The position numbers were made by a program, and so were the translations under genes. The notes under the pieces are model-generated. The model did not search any database and was not told the origin of the DNA. It saw nothing but the letters and a program-made list of their open reading frames with translations. From the NCBI RefSeq assembly GCF_009914755.1, contig NC_060940.1: DNA of 64,000 bases; one strand, given 5' to 3'. This DNA is from the human T2T-CHM13v2.0 reference genome, Homo sapiens. The first letter of the stretch is position 1. Every line of letters begins with the position of its first letter. Positions 1-13,954 of this stretch are shown here, in pieces.

Positions 1-574
1 TGAAAGACTCTTTGTGCTAGCAAACAATACCCAAAGTGTGCCTTCCAGAGAGACAATATAGTAAAGCAGCACATTAATCTTGCCCCAAATCCTATTTCAT
101 GTCTTCCGGACATTGCAGAGGGGAGATGGGTGGAAACAATGGATCCATTGAGAATTACAGGCTGACCTCCAACTGAGACCTCTACCTGGGTGACTACATT
201 TGGATGGAGAACAAGTACTTTGGCCCTAGCCACATTTTGTTTCCTGTTCCCTGACTGAGGTTGGCTGCAGTTCAGTTATGAACTCTGCTAGCAAGACCGT
301 GACACTGGAAAAGACGTTAAAAGTGCCCACCCATTCAGGATTTAATTAATGGTTGCACAGGAACCAACTTCTTCCCACTCAGCAGAGAGGAAAGGGTTGG
401 CAGCTGACCACTCCTCAGGCTGCCAGCTCTCAGTCCTTTGAGGACCTCAGCCATGCACCTGTGCCAAGAGGTTGGCAGCTGAGGTTCGATGATCCAAGGC
501 CTCACAAAATCTCATCCACGAATCAACCTGCTTATCGTTATTTCCTGCAAAACTTCAAAACCATAAAATTCTTT

Positions 575-1875
575 CTTTCTCAGCTTTATTGAGGTATCAT
601 TGACAAATAGGAATTGTATATATTTAACATGTATGACTTGACTTCTTGATGTATGTATACACTGTGAAATGATCAGCACAATTAAGCTAATAACATATCC
701 ATCACCCATCTAGTTACCTCTCTCTTCCCTTTTTCTTTTCTTCTTTCCTACCTTTTTCCCTCCCTCCTTCCCTTTCTTTTTTTCCTTTTCTTCTTTTATG
801 TGGTGAAAATATTTAAGATCTGCCCTCTTAGCAAATTTCAAGTCTATAACATAAACTGTAGACTTGATCACCATGTTGTATGCTAGATCTCCGGAACTTA
901 TAACTTCATCTTATAACTGAAACTTTGGATACTTCGACTAACATCTCCCAATTTCCCCTTGTCCCTCACCCCAACCATTTTACTCTTTGCTTCTATGTAT
1001 CCGAGTACTTTAGATTTTATACATAAGTGAGAGCATGCAGTATTTGCCTTTCTCTATCTGGCTTATTTTACTTAGCACAATGTCTTCTAGGTTCATCCAT
1101 GCTGTCACAAATAGCACGATTTCTTTAGGAGTAAAGAATATTCCATGGTATATATAAACACATTTTCTTTATCCATGCATCCATCAATGGCCACTTAGTT
1201 TGCTTCTATAACTTTGCTTTGTGAATAATGCTGCAATGAATACTGGAATGCAGATATCTCTTCAACATACTGATTCCATTTCCTTTGGATATATGCACAG
1301 AAGTGGGATTGCTGGATCAAATATTTAATTCTATTTTTAGTTTTTTGAAGAACCTGTATATCGTTTTCTATGATGGTTGTATTACTTTACCTTTTAATCA
1401 ATAGTGTACAAGGATTCCTTTTCTCCATATCCTAACACTTACTGTTTTGTCTTTTTCACAGCCATTCTAATAGGTATGAGGTATCAAACCCTCATTGTGG
1501 GTTTGTGTTTCCCTGATAATTGGTGATGTTGATCACATTTTTACATACCTGTTAGCCATTTGTATATCTTCTTTTGAGAAATGTCTATTCAGGTCCTGTG
1601 CACATTTTAAAATTAAATTATAAGTGTTGATTTCTTTTTTTTCTATTGAGTTATATGAGTTCCTTATATATTTTGGATATTAACCCCTTAGCAGATAGAT
1701 GATTCACAGATATTTTCTGTCATTCTTTAGGTTGACTTTTTTATTCTATTGACTATTTCATTTGTGAAGAAGCTCTTAAGTTGGATACAACCCCCCATGT
1801 CTATTTTTGCTTTTGTTGCCTGTGCTTTGGGGGTCATATCAAAAATACTATTCTTACCAATGTTAAGAAGTCTTC
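575..1875 (-). mobile_element. Old L1 (L1MA/L1MB-type) 3' portion
   Basis: 3'-end motif cagctttattgaggtat...ttgacaaat and L1 antisense motifs (ttttgagaaatgtctattcagg). Contains a CT-rich low-complexity tract at ~715-800. Confidence 0.85.
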
Positions 1876-3635
1876 TCTACCCCTGTGCATAAACCCTTCT
1901 TTTACCCTCAAAATATCCTTTGTTGTTGCTAGAGCATCTGTTGCCTTCTTCAGTAACTGTCTTCCTTTCTCTTGTCATTTTATAGTTACCATTTGTTGAG
2001 TATTACTAGGTACCAGCTACATCCCTTTAGAAAACAAAACCTTATAAAAAATTCAAAACAATTCTGGTTACTAAAGTTACTCCTGACTAGGTCAATTGCC
2101 AACGAATGAATGACACATTGGTTGCAAGCCTGCACCCAGCTGGATGGGAGAGTAAATTTCCACGCACTTGTGGTTTTCTGTGCTTGCAGCCAAAGTGAGT
2201 GCTGGCAGTGTGAGCCTGCCCATGGAAGAAGAAATGCAGGTGCTAGCTTTGGGAGTAGAATTACACCACAGGCTGATGCAAGAAAATGGCTAAGTGAACC
2301 AAGCAGATACGTTGAGAGCACCATGTAGCTTCTGCTGCAATCATACATCTTTTCTGCTTAGGCTTCTCTTGGTTGTAATTTTGTAGGATTCCTTGGTTAG
2401 TGATGGTCCACATCTGTGAGTCATGAGCCCAGTGAGGGCAGAAAACTTGTGTATATCTATTAAACTTTGTAGAATCCAGTATAAATGGCGCTAACTTTCA
2501 TTGAATAAATGATTAAATGCCTATTCCTAAATGAAGAAATTAAGGCTCAAATAAATGAAATGGCATTGCTGTTGACCAGATGGATTCTTTGGGGGAACTC
2601 AGGATATGAACTTGAGGTTCGTAGGGATGCAAATGCCTTGCTCTTAGTCAACATAATAGGCTCTTTACGAATCCCGTGCCATTGTATGAAATGTCTGTGA
2701 GTCTTGGTTCACGTGCATAATTAGGAGAGTCAGTAATTATTTCATGTCTTAAGATGCAGATAATTACAAAAATTCAGATTAATATGTGGAAAATACAAAG
2801 TATATCCCTTGCTCATAGCAGATGAGCATTGATGTCAGTTGTTATCATTATATCATCATTGCTTCTTTCTGTTCTGCCTACTTCTGTTGCTAGTCTTTGG
2901 GAACTCTAACATCTTAATACATTGTTATTCTTGGTTTAACAGACAAGTCCTAGGAAAATTTTCTGAAAATAAGCAAAACATTAAAACTTCATCAGATGAT
3001 TCTTAAAGCAGATTTTAAAAAATATTTCATAAAATCCACAAGACATGAAAGAACAGTGTGTCCACAATTCTTTCCTCTAAGTATTTTTTCCTATTAACCA
3101 GTAGGATAGAAAGAAGGGGATAATACCAAATTAGTTTTTCCTACCTTCTGCCCTCTCCAACCCTAGCCTTATCATGGATATTTTTCCCTCTTGGGATAGA
3201 GATGACTGCAAAAACAGATGTTGCTGCTCCTGCCAAACTCTTAAAAGTAGGTTGAACAAGTCACGTGTAATGCCAATGGCAGAGCCCCATCACTGCAACT
3301 GTTTTCTGTAACCTGAGTTCAGAATCTTGAACTCCTGTCCACAGAAACAGGCTTGCTCCTTTGAGGACCCTGTCATTGACATCACAACAACAATAGGTGT
3401 GAGAATAGATAGTCCTCATTGCAAGCATATTCTTTTTATTTAAACAGTTTTATTGAGATATAACTTACATACCATAAAATTCACCCATTGAGTGTCTAGT
3501 GGTTTTAGTATAAAGTTCGCAGCATTCAACGTTATTCTTAATTCATGGTTCAAAGCAGAGTAAGCAATAGTTCAGTTCCCTGAAGATATTTGACTTTTGG
3601 AAAGGGAATGGGTCAGATAGTTTTAAAAATGGATA

Positions 3636-3764
3636 ATTTCATAATGTCACCTTTTCCCTACACAGAGGGAGGATGATAGATTTCATAATGTCACCTTTTC
3701 CCTACACAGAGGGAGGATGATAGATTTCATAATGTCACCTTTTCCCTACACAGAGGGAGGATGA
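3636..3764. repeat. 44-bp tandem repeat, 2.9 identical copies
   Basis: Unit atttcataatgtcaccttttccctacacagagggaggatgatag starts at 3636, 3680 and 3724. Confidence 0.97.
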
Positions 3765-5610
3765 CAATATTCTTGTGTTTTTTATGGTAGCAGAGCATTT
3801 TTTTGGGGGGAAAGGGAACTTCAGATAATATCACATATATGAATTAAGAAATGTTTCTTACTAGGCTTTTATTTTAAACTCACTACTCATCAAACTTGTC
3901 CTTAAGCTCAACAAAAATATCTACCTGTCAGGCAAAAATCAATATTTTTATAATACAGCAAAAAGTATGCTTACCTAAAAATTGTCCCTTAATTGACCTA
4001 ACTTTTAAATCACTGAGTAATCTTAGGAAAGGCTGTAAGATATTTGGGTGTCAGTTTCTATACTTGTGAAATGGGGGAGATAAATGAGCTCTAAATTCTC
4101 TTCCAGTTCTTCATTTCTATCAGTTTTCAAGTGGACTCCTTTCTGCTTAATGCCATAATTTTGTGATACTATTATTGTGGAGGAGGTTAAAAACACTTTT
4201 GCATGATCCTGCTGTGCATATATGATATTCACAATTACAGACTGAAACAAGCATTTTCAAATACTAACCGGATCAATGTAAAAGTGAGGTTCTTTTTGTT
4301 TTTGTTTTTGTTTTTAATATTAGGACTATATGACCTTGTAACATTGCCTTCTGTATTTTTAAGTAAAGTCCATTTGGGTCAGGAACAAGATATTTTTCTG
4401 TGCTTGGAGCTCACATTGCAGTTGACACTCAATACATACTCGTCAAAAGAATAAATGCATTTTAGTTAGCAAAAATGCAAGAAAAACATTAGTTAAGGCA
4501 GACCAAACTATGAAAGGGTGACTCTGCATGTCAGAGGGACTTATAGCACTAAAACAAATATAACGTCTAAGAAAATGTGAAATGTCTATCTTCTCAGCAG
4601 GCCTAGCTGTGAGTAATAAAAGCCCTCACAATATGGGCATCATAACAAAGAAAGAAATTTGCTGAAAACAATAACAGTTATTTCTTTATTGGTTTCAGAC
4701 TATGTGGATATATACATAAACAACACGTTAATATTTAAATATCTGGAATCAATCTTAAAAAATACAAAGACTGTGAATTAATAAAATTAGCCATTCAACA
4801 GAAATCAGAGGCCAAGTAAAGCACAAACAATGAACCTAACTTCTTGAGCTGGGCCAAAAACATCATTCTAGTGGCTTTTCCCTATATAACTTTTTTTTTG
4901 TTTTTTTGTTTTTTTTTGTTTTTTTGGTTTTCTGTTGTACAAAACCTGAAGTTACCATTTCATTTAGTCAAGGCAACCAATGCATTTCTCGCAATTTATA
5001 AGGATGTTGACAGTTGGCACCATCCATTAAAAAATGATTAATTCACCTCTTGGCACCTAATGACCAAGCAGGAAATAGGATAGCAGCTGTCATTCTGTCT
5101 TGACTGCACATTTCTCTGTAAACACTCACACATGAAGCCTTGGGAGTAGCTTGCGAAAGGCATATTCCAATGGGTATTTCTTCAGCTTTTCTATTATACA
5201 CTCTTTTTTTAAAAAAAGTATTTTTTTAAAGCACAGTAATCTAGCTCTTGCATGTGGGTGCTTTACTGAGAAAAATGGTCAATTGTTTTCAATGTTTCTG
5301 CTCCCCACCCTCCAAACCTGAGTGAGTGCAGGTGCTCCTGGCTTGCCTGAGAATGAGAATAAACTAAGATCACCAGCACGTGGGGTCTCTGCCTGTGAAT
5401 TCTTATCTTGACCAACTAATACTTTACTGGTGAAATGTACATGCAGGTAAAATGTACATGCAGAAGATGAGAGAGGCAAAGGGTCACTTGATTATTAGCT
5501 AAATTTGGCCCAACCACTGCACAGCTGCATGGGATGGCATGCAACCACAGGCACTCCTTTGTCTAAGAAAACACATCCAAGCACTTCCTATTTTATTTTT
5601 TGGCCTCAGA

Positions 5611-5785
5611 CCGGTGGTTCCAAACCTAGCTATTCTTGAGAAAAACTTGAGTGCCTTTTAAAATATAAATTCCCAGGCCCCACCCTCAGGCTTAATGAAT
5701 TCTGTTTCTTGAAAGGGACCTGGAAAGTTTTTGTATAAAATAACTTTAGGTGATAGTGATGCAGCTAGTTACTTAGAAACCATTG
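5611..5785. mobile_element. MER5-like hAT-Charlie MITE
   Basis: c.gtggttccaaac...aaattcccaggccccaccc...ggtgatagtgatgcag...agaaaccattg with terminal inverted ends. Confidence 0.6.
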
Positions 5786-6535
5786 TCCTGCATCTTACTC
5801 TGCAGCCAGCTTGGCTTTCAAAAGGCATGGGGACAGGGGAGAGAAGACCTCCTTTCTAGGAAGAGGAGACTCTCAGCTGCTAGGATATGGAGAGTCTGCA
5901 GGAACTGAGGGACACACTGAAGAACAGTAGAGCTAGGCCTTCTGCCAAGTGGGCGCTGCCCGCTCCTTCCTGTAGTCCAGCCACATGAAAGAAGGGATAG
6001 GAAGAGACAAAGGGGGAACTGGGCCTGGGCCTTGTCTCCATGAGGAACAGCCCATGTCTCTGGTTCATCTTCAGAGATCATCTCCCCAAGTGCTGTGACT
6101 GTTAATGGACCACTCCTTGTACTGCACACCAGTTTTAAAAAGTCTATTTGCCATCAGAATGGAGGATTGAGGAAGACCACGTGGTTTGATCTAGAATAGC
6201 ATTTTCCATTGTGTGGCATGGGCATTGCAGTGCAACATGAGACAATGTCAAGCGATCTCCTAACCTGTATGGGGCAGAGATGGCCTTAATGGGTAGGCCA
6301 AGGCTGTGTGAAGAAGAGAAGAACAGGGGTTGAATGAAACAGGGGTGGGAAGAAGAGACATGCAGGATCTCCTTTTCCTAGATATTGGTGTCTCATTTTA
6401 ATCCCAATTATAATGTTGGGAACAATTTTTAAACCTAATTTGTTCATAAAACCAACCAACAATTACAAAAATGACTTTTTGTTATTGAATGAACTGATTA
6501 CACACTTGACTGTGTCCCTCATTAAACAAAGTTTA

Positions 6536-6916
<381 letters not shown>

Positions 6917-7416
6917 CTATGCCACTGTGGAAACTAACAAATAGCTGGGCAGATTCAGAGAAACACACTGTAGATATTGCTTTTGAAGCCTTTTCTACAA
7001 AAATTGGTTGAGCAAATGTCACTTACATCATGATCCTCAATGTCGAGCTCTATCAGCAAAGGCACAATTAAGTGGACATAATTTGCTTTTTCTCTGTGCA
7101 ATTGTGAATTGGGATTCAAGATAATCTTACATAACATCCCATCTTTATTCTAAACTTAGTGATATTAAGCTGACTATTCTTGAGAAACTATGAACAGGTC
7201 ACTTAGTGTCATTGAGGAATTCTTTTATTTTCAGACGAGTTTTGTAAACCATTTGTAGTGACTGTATTTTATTTTGTAATTAAAATTAACAAATGTAAAT
7301 ATTTGGCTTTTGCGGCTACCCTTTATGCCATGTTCTATCGATTCTATGTTTAAAGGAGTTATAAAACAGTTGATTTTAAAATAATTTCTTTTTTTAGAGA
7401 AAATAATTTCTTTTAC

Positions 7417-8023
<607 letters not shown>

Positions 8024-8989
8024 TAAATAGATTTAAAAGTTGGTAGAGGTGATACGTGCTTATGGGGAAAACTCATGATGATAGCAATTGAGTGACAACA
8101 GTTTGAGAATCACCTCTCAGGAGTCTGTGGTCCTCTCAGGAGGAAGAAGGTGTCAGTCACCCAGATCCAGGGGTGACTGACGAAAACCGTCTTAGGTGTT
8201 GACCCTCAGCACCAGTGGAGACCATAGAGGTATTCAAGGAATTAAGATCTTAGGGGAAAGATAAGGTAAAACAGACAAAGCATGGAATCCTTATGCATAT
8301 TTTTACATTTTCAAAGATAAAACCATATAGCACATAATTAGATGACCTTTTCCACATCACACTTAGCAATAATGGGTTCTGTGTTATAAATTTTCATAAA
8401 CCATGTCTTACATAATACATGCTGGTGTATTGTGAGGTATTGTGGTGTATTGGGCTATTGTGAGGATTAAATGAGATAACATATATAAATAGTTTATTAC
8501 AATATCTGATTCCCATTAAACACTAATATGTGGTTGCTTATTACCAAAAGCTATAAAGAAAGACAACTTTTTTTTTTTCCTGGTGTGGTATCGTCTTTCT
8601 ACCGTTAGCATATAGAACCCATGCCAAGAGAATTCTCGCTCATGCTTTCCCTCCATCTTAATGGACTTGGAGTTGCAGGCTCCAGATACTCTGGTGTGAT
8701 TGCCCAGGAAATACTATCATCCCAGAGCAAAGCAATTATTACAGATAAAGACTTAGATATGCAACAAGTCTTTAAGTATACTTTGTTGAAAAGACTAGGT
8801 AAGGATTTATTATTTCTCAACCCCAGTTCCCCATATGAAATTCCCAGCTCTGCCCGTAATTTATCATTGTTAAATCACTTATTGTCAAACTCCATTCACA
8901 TGCATCTCAGGGGGCAAAAAGTAGAGTTCTAAGGCCTGCATGCCCTTCTTTTTCTTTCTCTATCCCAGGGTAACGCAACACAGTCACGA

Positions 8990-9390
<401 letters not shown>

Positions 9391-9977
9391 GAACAAAATA
9401 TCTTTTTTTCTGTCACGTATTTTATCTGCATCTATTCCATTTTCCATTCTTAATCATAATTTTTTGTTTGCTAAATAGCAATAAATTATATAAAAATTCT
9501 CTTAACTATAAAGATACGCATATGAACTTATGTAGACACACATGTAATCACAGACGCAGGGAAAAATACAGTATTTTCAGATCAATTGGACATAACTTTG
9601 CCCAGTTCTTATTCTCCACTGGTTTAATGATTCAAAATTTCAAAAAGCCAAGAACAATTACTTTTTATTTTTTTCATGTTTTCCTGCCCATCCTTCCCAT
9701 CCTTCCCTTCCCCCTCTTTATTTTTACAAAAATATTTTACTAGAATGACTTTTAAATGTAAAAATACATTTATGGTAGTTTTATCTTAGATGATTTCCAC
9801 AAATGTTCTCATGACAATTACAGGGGAACAAAATAGTGTGTCCTCAAGAGGGTAAATGTGTCATCTGTTTCATCCTAGCATTTCATACTTTGATTTCTTC
9901 AAAGGCAAACAAGAAAAATCACTAGTTGTTGAATAGCTTATCTATCTTTCCTCTTCTCAATGAAGTTACTCTGTAGA

Positions 9978-10240
9978 TTTGTTGTTGTTGAGACAGAGTC
10001 TCTGTCTGTCACCCAGCGGGGAGTGGTGTGGCCCAATCTCCTCTCACTGCAGCCTCAGCCTCCCAAGTAGCTAGGACTACAGCTGTGTGCCACCACAGCT
10101 GGCTACTTTTTTTGTATTTTCAATAGAGACAGGGTTTTGCTATGTTGGCCAGGCTGGTTTCGAACTCCTGGACTCAGGTGATCCGTCTGCCTTGGCCTCC
10201 CGAAGTGCTGGGATTACCGAGGTGAACCGCTGCACCCAAC
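9978..10240 (-). mobile_element. Alu with internal deletion, just 3' of the ADAMTS18 poly(A) site
   Basis: (gtt)n tail, gagacagagtctc...ctgggattac. Confidence 0.88.
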
Positions 10241-10335
10241 CATTCTCTAAGAGTCCTGAGTGACATTTATACAGTTAAATTACCTTTGAAATTATGGACT
10301 TTTCACTAACTTATTCAAGAACTTAACAAGCTGTC

Positions 10336-12163
10336 AAAGATAAAGAAATGGAATACTTTATTATAAAACTTATAAAATAATTAAATATTACACATATATT
10401 TTGACTTTTCTCTATAATCCATGGTTTTATTCAACATTTTATCTCAAAATATTACTTAGAGAAGCAAGTGAGAACACATAATAGGCTATTAATTAATAAA
10501 TTAATTTTCCATAAAATAATAAAATGATAATTATATAAAGAAATAACTTGCTGTTTTTCAGAAGGCAACGGGGTTGTAGTAGAGAAAATTTTTTTTTTTC
10601 CTGTTGATAAAATGGCCACTTCTCTAGGCCAAGCCAAGCAGATTGAGAGAAGTTCCTAAGCATTATTTCTCTGGGATTCAAGAACTCATGACTTTAATTA
10701 GAATGGGAACGAAGTATGCTGCTAAATTTAACAAACCACTGTCTAGTTGATTATGCTGAGCTGGCTAATCCAGCTTGAATTGAGACTTTTTAAAGAAGTA
10801 AAATTGGGTTACATTCATCAAAGAAGTTGAGGAATAAAGTAGAATTTATGTAAATATGCCCTTTATAACCACTTCTCAAAAAATTACAGGAGGACACAGT
10901 ATTATAATTACTTTGGTTTTGGCAAAATAGTGTGATGTTTTTTCAATTGAGAACAATTTTAAACTCATTAATGCCTACCAACAGCTGGCTTCTGATGACT
11001 GAAAATACTCTTATTCAGTGAGGGTCTTGTCATATTATGATTTATTAATATTAACATAGCAAGAAGACAGATGGATTTTTTTATTACCACTGTTTCCTCC
11101 TTTCTTTCTCTTTTTTTTTTTTTTTTTTTTTTTTGCTGTTAGCTCAATCCTAGGGCAAATTTAAACGTATCAGTTGGTAGGAAAAAGCCACAAGTGGCCT
11201 TTAATTTTCCAAGCAGCTCTGGTAGTATGTACAGAGCATTATAAATGATGGTCCTTTCTCCCTCAAAACACTGCTGTGTTTTGTCATTTAGCTCCTCCTA
11301 GATATTTTTTAAATACCAGAAATGGGTATGTAGCATTCCCAAAGAGCGGGCTGTAGCTTTTCATGGACTGATTCAGCAAGCACCAAAAGTTACGAGGTTG
11401 ATAACATGTGAAGGGCATCCATATTTATCTTTTCTATGAGTTGTTTCCTTGCATGAATTTCAATTACATGGAGATCTTAAACAGTCCATGTTGCCCTATT
11501 TTCATAATATTCCTTGGAATACTTTTCAAGTTGTCAATTTTAGTCTCAGAGACTCTCTATAAGCAGAATATAGTTTACACAAAATAATAAAGACACACGC
11601 ACACCAAATAAACATAACATGAAGCTTGCCAGTCCAGCAGCAAGCACAATTGCGAGCACCATTTGGCTTCTCATAGAACTCCTGGCTTGGGTGTTCACAG
11701 GGTTAGTCGAACTGTGAACTCCACGCAACAGTTAGGCAAGGTATTCCATCCAGATTTGAAAGTTCTGAGTCTCAGTCTTTGACCTGAAGTCATAAAGGAC
11801 CTTTTTAAAACAGATGTCTTTGCCCTTGAACCCTTTGAAGTTCAAAAGGGGGTCTCTCCCCAAATCGACGTATCTCAGTGTGATTCACCACTTCTTGCAT
11901 ATAACAGTGCAAATCAAAGATTTTTTTTAAAGTCAGATTTGTCATCGCTTCCCATTTTCAAGTGCTTCAGAGTACCACGTGCTTCAGGGAATTGAGCTAG
12001 AAGCCTACTGGCAACCTGTCTGTTCCTCAGAGCAGGCTCCTTCATCACAGCGGCAGCTCACAGATGGTTCTCGGTGCTCAGCTCCTGGTCTCAAAGGCAG
12101 CTGGTCTCTCTAGAGGTTGAAAGGTAAGCCCCTGGCCCTAAGGTGCTGGGGAGGACACCAAGA
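10336..12163 (-). other. ADAMTS18: ADAMTS18 3' UTR (~1.8 kb; 3' end inferred)
   Basis: Repeat-free AU-rich sequence after the stop, ending about 20 nt past an AATAAA and followed by GU-rich sequence (tgacagcttgttaagttcttg on the minus strand). Confidence 0.8.
10357..10362 (-). terminator. Distal polyadenylation signal AATAAA
   Basis: tttatt on the + strand, with a downstream U/GU-rich element. Further AATAAA hexamers lie at 10426-10431, 11041-11046 and 11080-11085. Confidence 0.75.
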
Positions 12164-12279
12164 TCAGATCTTCCTTGTGCATGACTTGCAGCATTGTTTT
12201 CCGTAAAACTTGTGGTTGCAGACACCATGCTGAGGAACTAGGTGACACCAGTTGAAGAAATCTACGCAGGATGGATCCT
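12164..12279 (-). CDS. ADAMTS18: ADAMTS18 terminal exon ~23, coding part (116 nt): PLAC domain and stop
   Basis: tttag|AG GAT CCA... encodes EDPSCVDFFNWCHLVPQHGVCNHKFYGKQCCKSCTRKI then TGA at 12164-12166. Six-Cys PLAC pattern. Confidence 0.97.
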
Positions 12280-12333
12280 CTAAAATAAGAAAATATATTT
12301 AGCATGTTGGCTAGGGTGTCTATCCTTTTTCTT

Positions 12334-12635
12334 TTTTTTTTTTTTTGAGATGGAGTCTCACTCTGTTACCTAGGCTGGAGTGCAGTGGTGTGGTGTGATC
12401 TCCGCTCACTGCAATCTCTGCTGCCCAGGTTCAAACGATTCTCCTGCCTAAGCTTCCCAAGTAGCAGGGACTATAGGCAAGTGCCACCAAGCCCAGCTAA
12501 TTTTTGTATTTTTAGTAGAGACGGGGTTTTCCACCATGCTGGCCAGGCTGGTCTCAAATTCCTGAGCTCAAGTGATCTGCCTGCTTCGGCCTCCCAAAGT
12601 ACTGGGATTACAGGTGTGATCCACCGGGCCCAGCC
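12334..12635 (-). mobile_element. Alu (AluS-like), ~45 nt upstream of the terminal-exon acceptor
   Basis: Full dimer. TSD cctttttctt at 12324-12333 and 12679-12688. Confidence 0.95.
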
Positions 12636-13387
12636 TTTGGTGATTTGCATATTATGATTTATTAATATTAACATAGCACCTTTTTCTTAAGGTGAGGGCC
12701 TACAGAACAAAGGTCTTGGGCCCACCTCCCTTGTGCCTCTATGTGGTTTTTCCCATTAAACACTGGGACTTTGGTAGGGGGGTGAGGTAGGGGCAGGATT
12801 TAGATGCCAAGAAAAGACTCTGACCATTAGCAAAATTAAATGATTTGTTTTTAAAAAATGTCACATCTAATCCAAGATCAATGTCTGATCCTCCCTATGT
12901 AGCCTGGGAGCTACCATGGAATTCAGTGTCCAGGGAAATACCCTAAAATGGTGCTTTAGGGATCCCCTAAGGATATTGTTGTACCACTAGTACCGCTGGT
13001 TCTGATTGAGAAGGGCTGTCAGAGGGGAGCATTAAGGGAGGGTGTGCTGCTGGTCCACGAACTATAATTTCAGGAGCAAGAAGCCTGATGTATTGGGAGT
13101 CAAGCCACCTTATTTGCCTGCAAATGGGTTGAGATTAACTGAAAAAGCCGGGTCTCCAACAGTCTGTGTAGGTTTAAGTCAATCTCAACCAGTTTGCAAG
13201 TAAATAAATTTAAGTCAACACCAGTCCTTTCTAATTTCTTTAGTTGTTCAATGAGCAGGACAGATGTGATTATTTCACTGTACATCAAGAATTCTTACTC
13301 AGATGGGCCTCAGGAGATAGGAAATGCAAGTGAATGGGTATGTAAACATAAGTGCATGTTGTAGGAGCAAGGGCCCAGTCATTTCAC

Positions 13388-13679
13388 TGTTTTGTTTGAG
13401 ATGGAATTTTGCTCTTGTTGCCCAGGCTGGAGTGCAATGGTATAATCTCGGCTCACTGCATCCTCCGCCTCATGTATTCAAATGGTTCTCCTGCGTAAGC
13501 CTCCTGGGTAGCTGGGATTACAGGCACCCACCACCACGCCCAGTTAATTTTTGTATTTTTAGTAGAGATGGGGTTTCACCATGTTGGTCACGCTGGTCTC
13601 GAACTCCTGACCTCGGGTGATCCGTCTGCCTCAGCCTCCCAAAGTGCTGGAATTACAGGTGTGAGGCACACCCCCGGCC
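13388..13679 (-). mobile_element. Alu (AluSq/Sx-like)
   Basis: Full dimer with a degenerate TSD catt(t/c)actgt. Confidence 0.92.
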
Positions 13680-13954
13680 ATTTTACTGTATTTTTAAGGC
13701 ACAGTTTTGACTTTAAAAATATTTAGAGTATACACTACACATAATTCAGAAATGCTTAGAGTTCCTTCTTCAAGCCTTGATTTTTCTGCCTAAAATTCCT
13801 TTTTATACATCCCCTTCATGTAAGTAAGTCAGGCAGGAGAAGTGAGATGTATTACTATTCTGTCAGTATAAGTGCTTTTTTTGATTATAATTACTAACAG
13901 CTGGTTGTTTGAGCTTCTACTGTGAGTCAGGTATTTCATTTACACTATTGAAGA

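Noticed and set aside
340-560. LTR-like (LTR16/LTR33-type) sequence with repeated ggttggcagctga
   Set aside because: Family and boundaries could not be supported without a Dfam search.
1986-2348. Overlapping 120-aa and 72-aa Cys-containing ORFs and an exon-like stretch (ttgcag...cag|gtgcta)
   Set aside because: No recognisable domain and no partner exons. Cannot be distinguished from chance.
6100-6285. Minus-strand acceptor-like site (ctctgccccatacag) with faint resemblance to the PLAC exon (tagactttttaaaactggtgt vs tagatttcttcaactggtgt)
   Set aside because: The similarity is too short and breaks frame. Splicing from exon 22 would hit TAG immediately.
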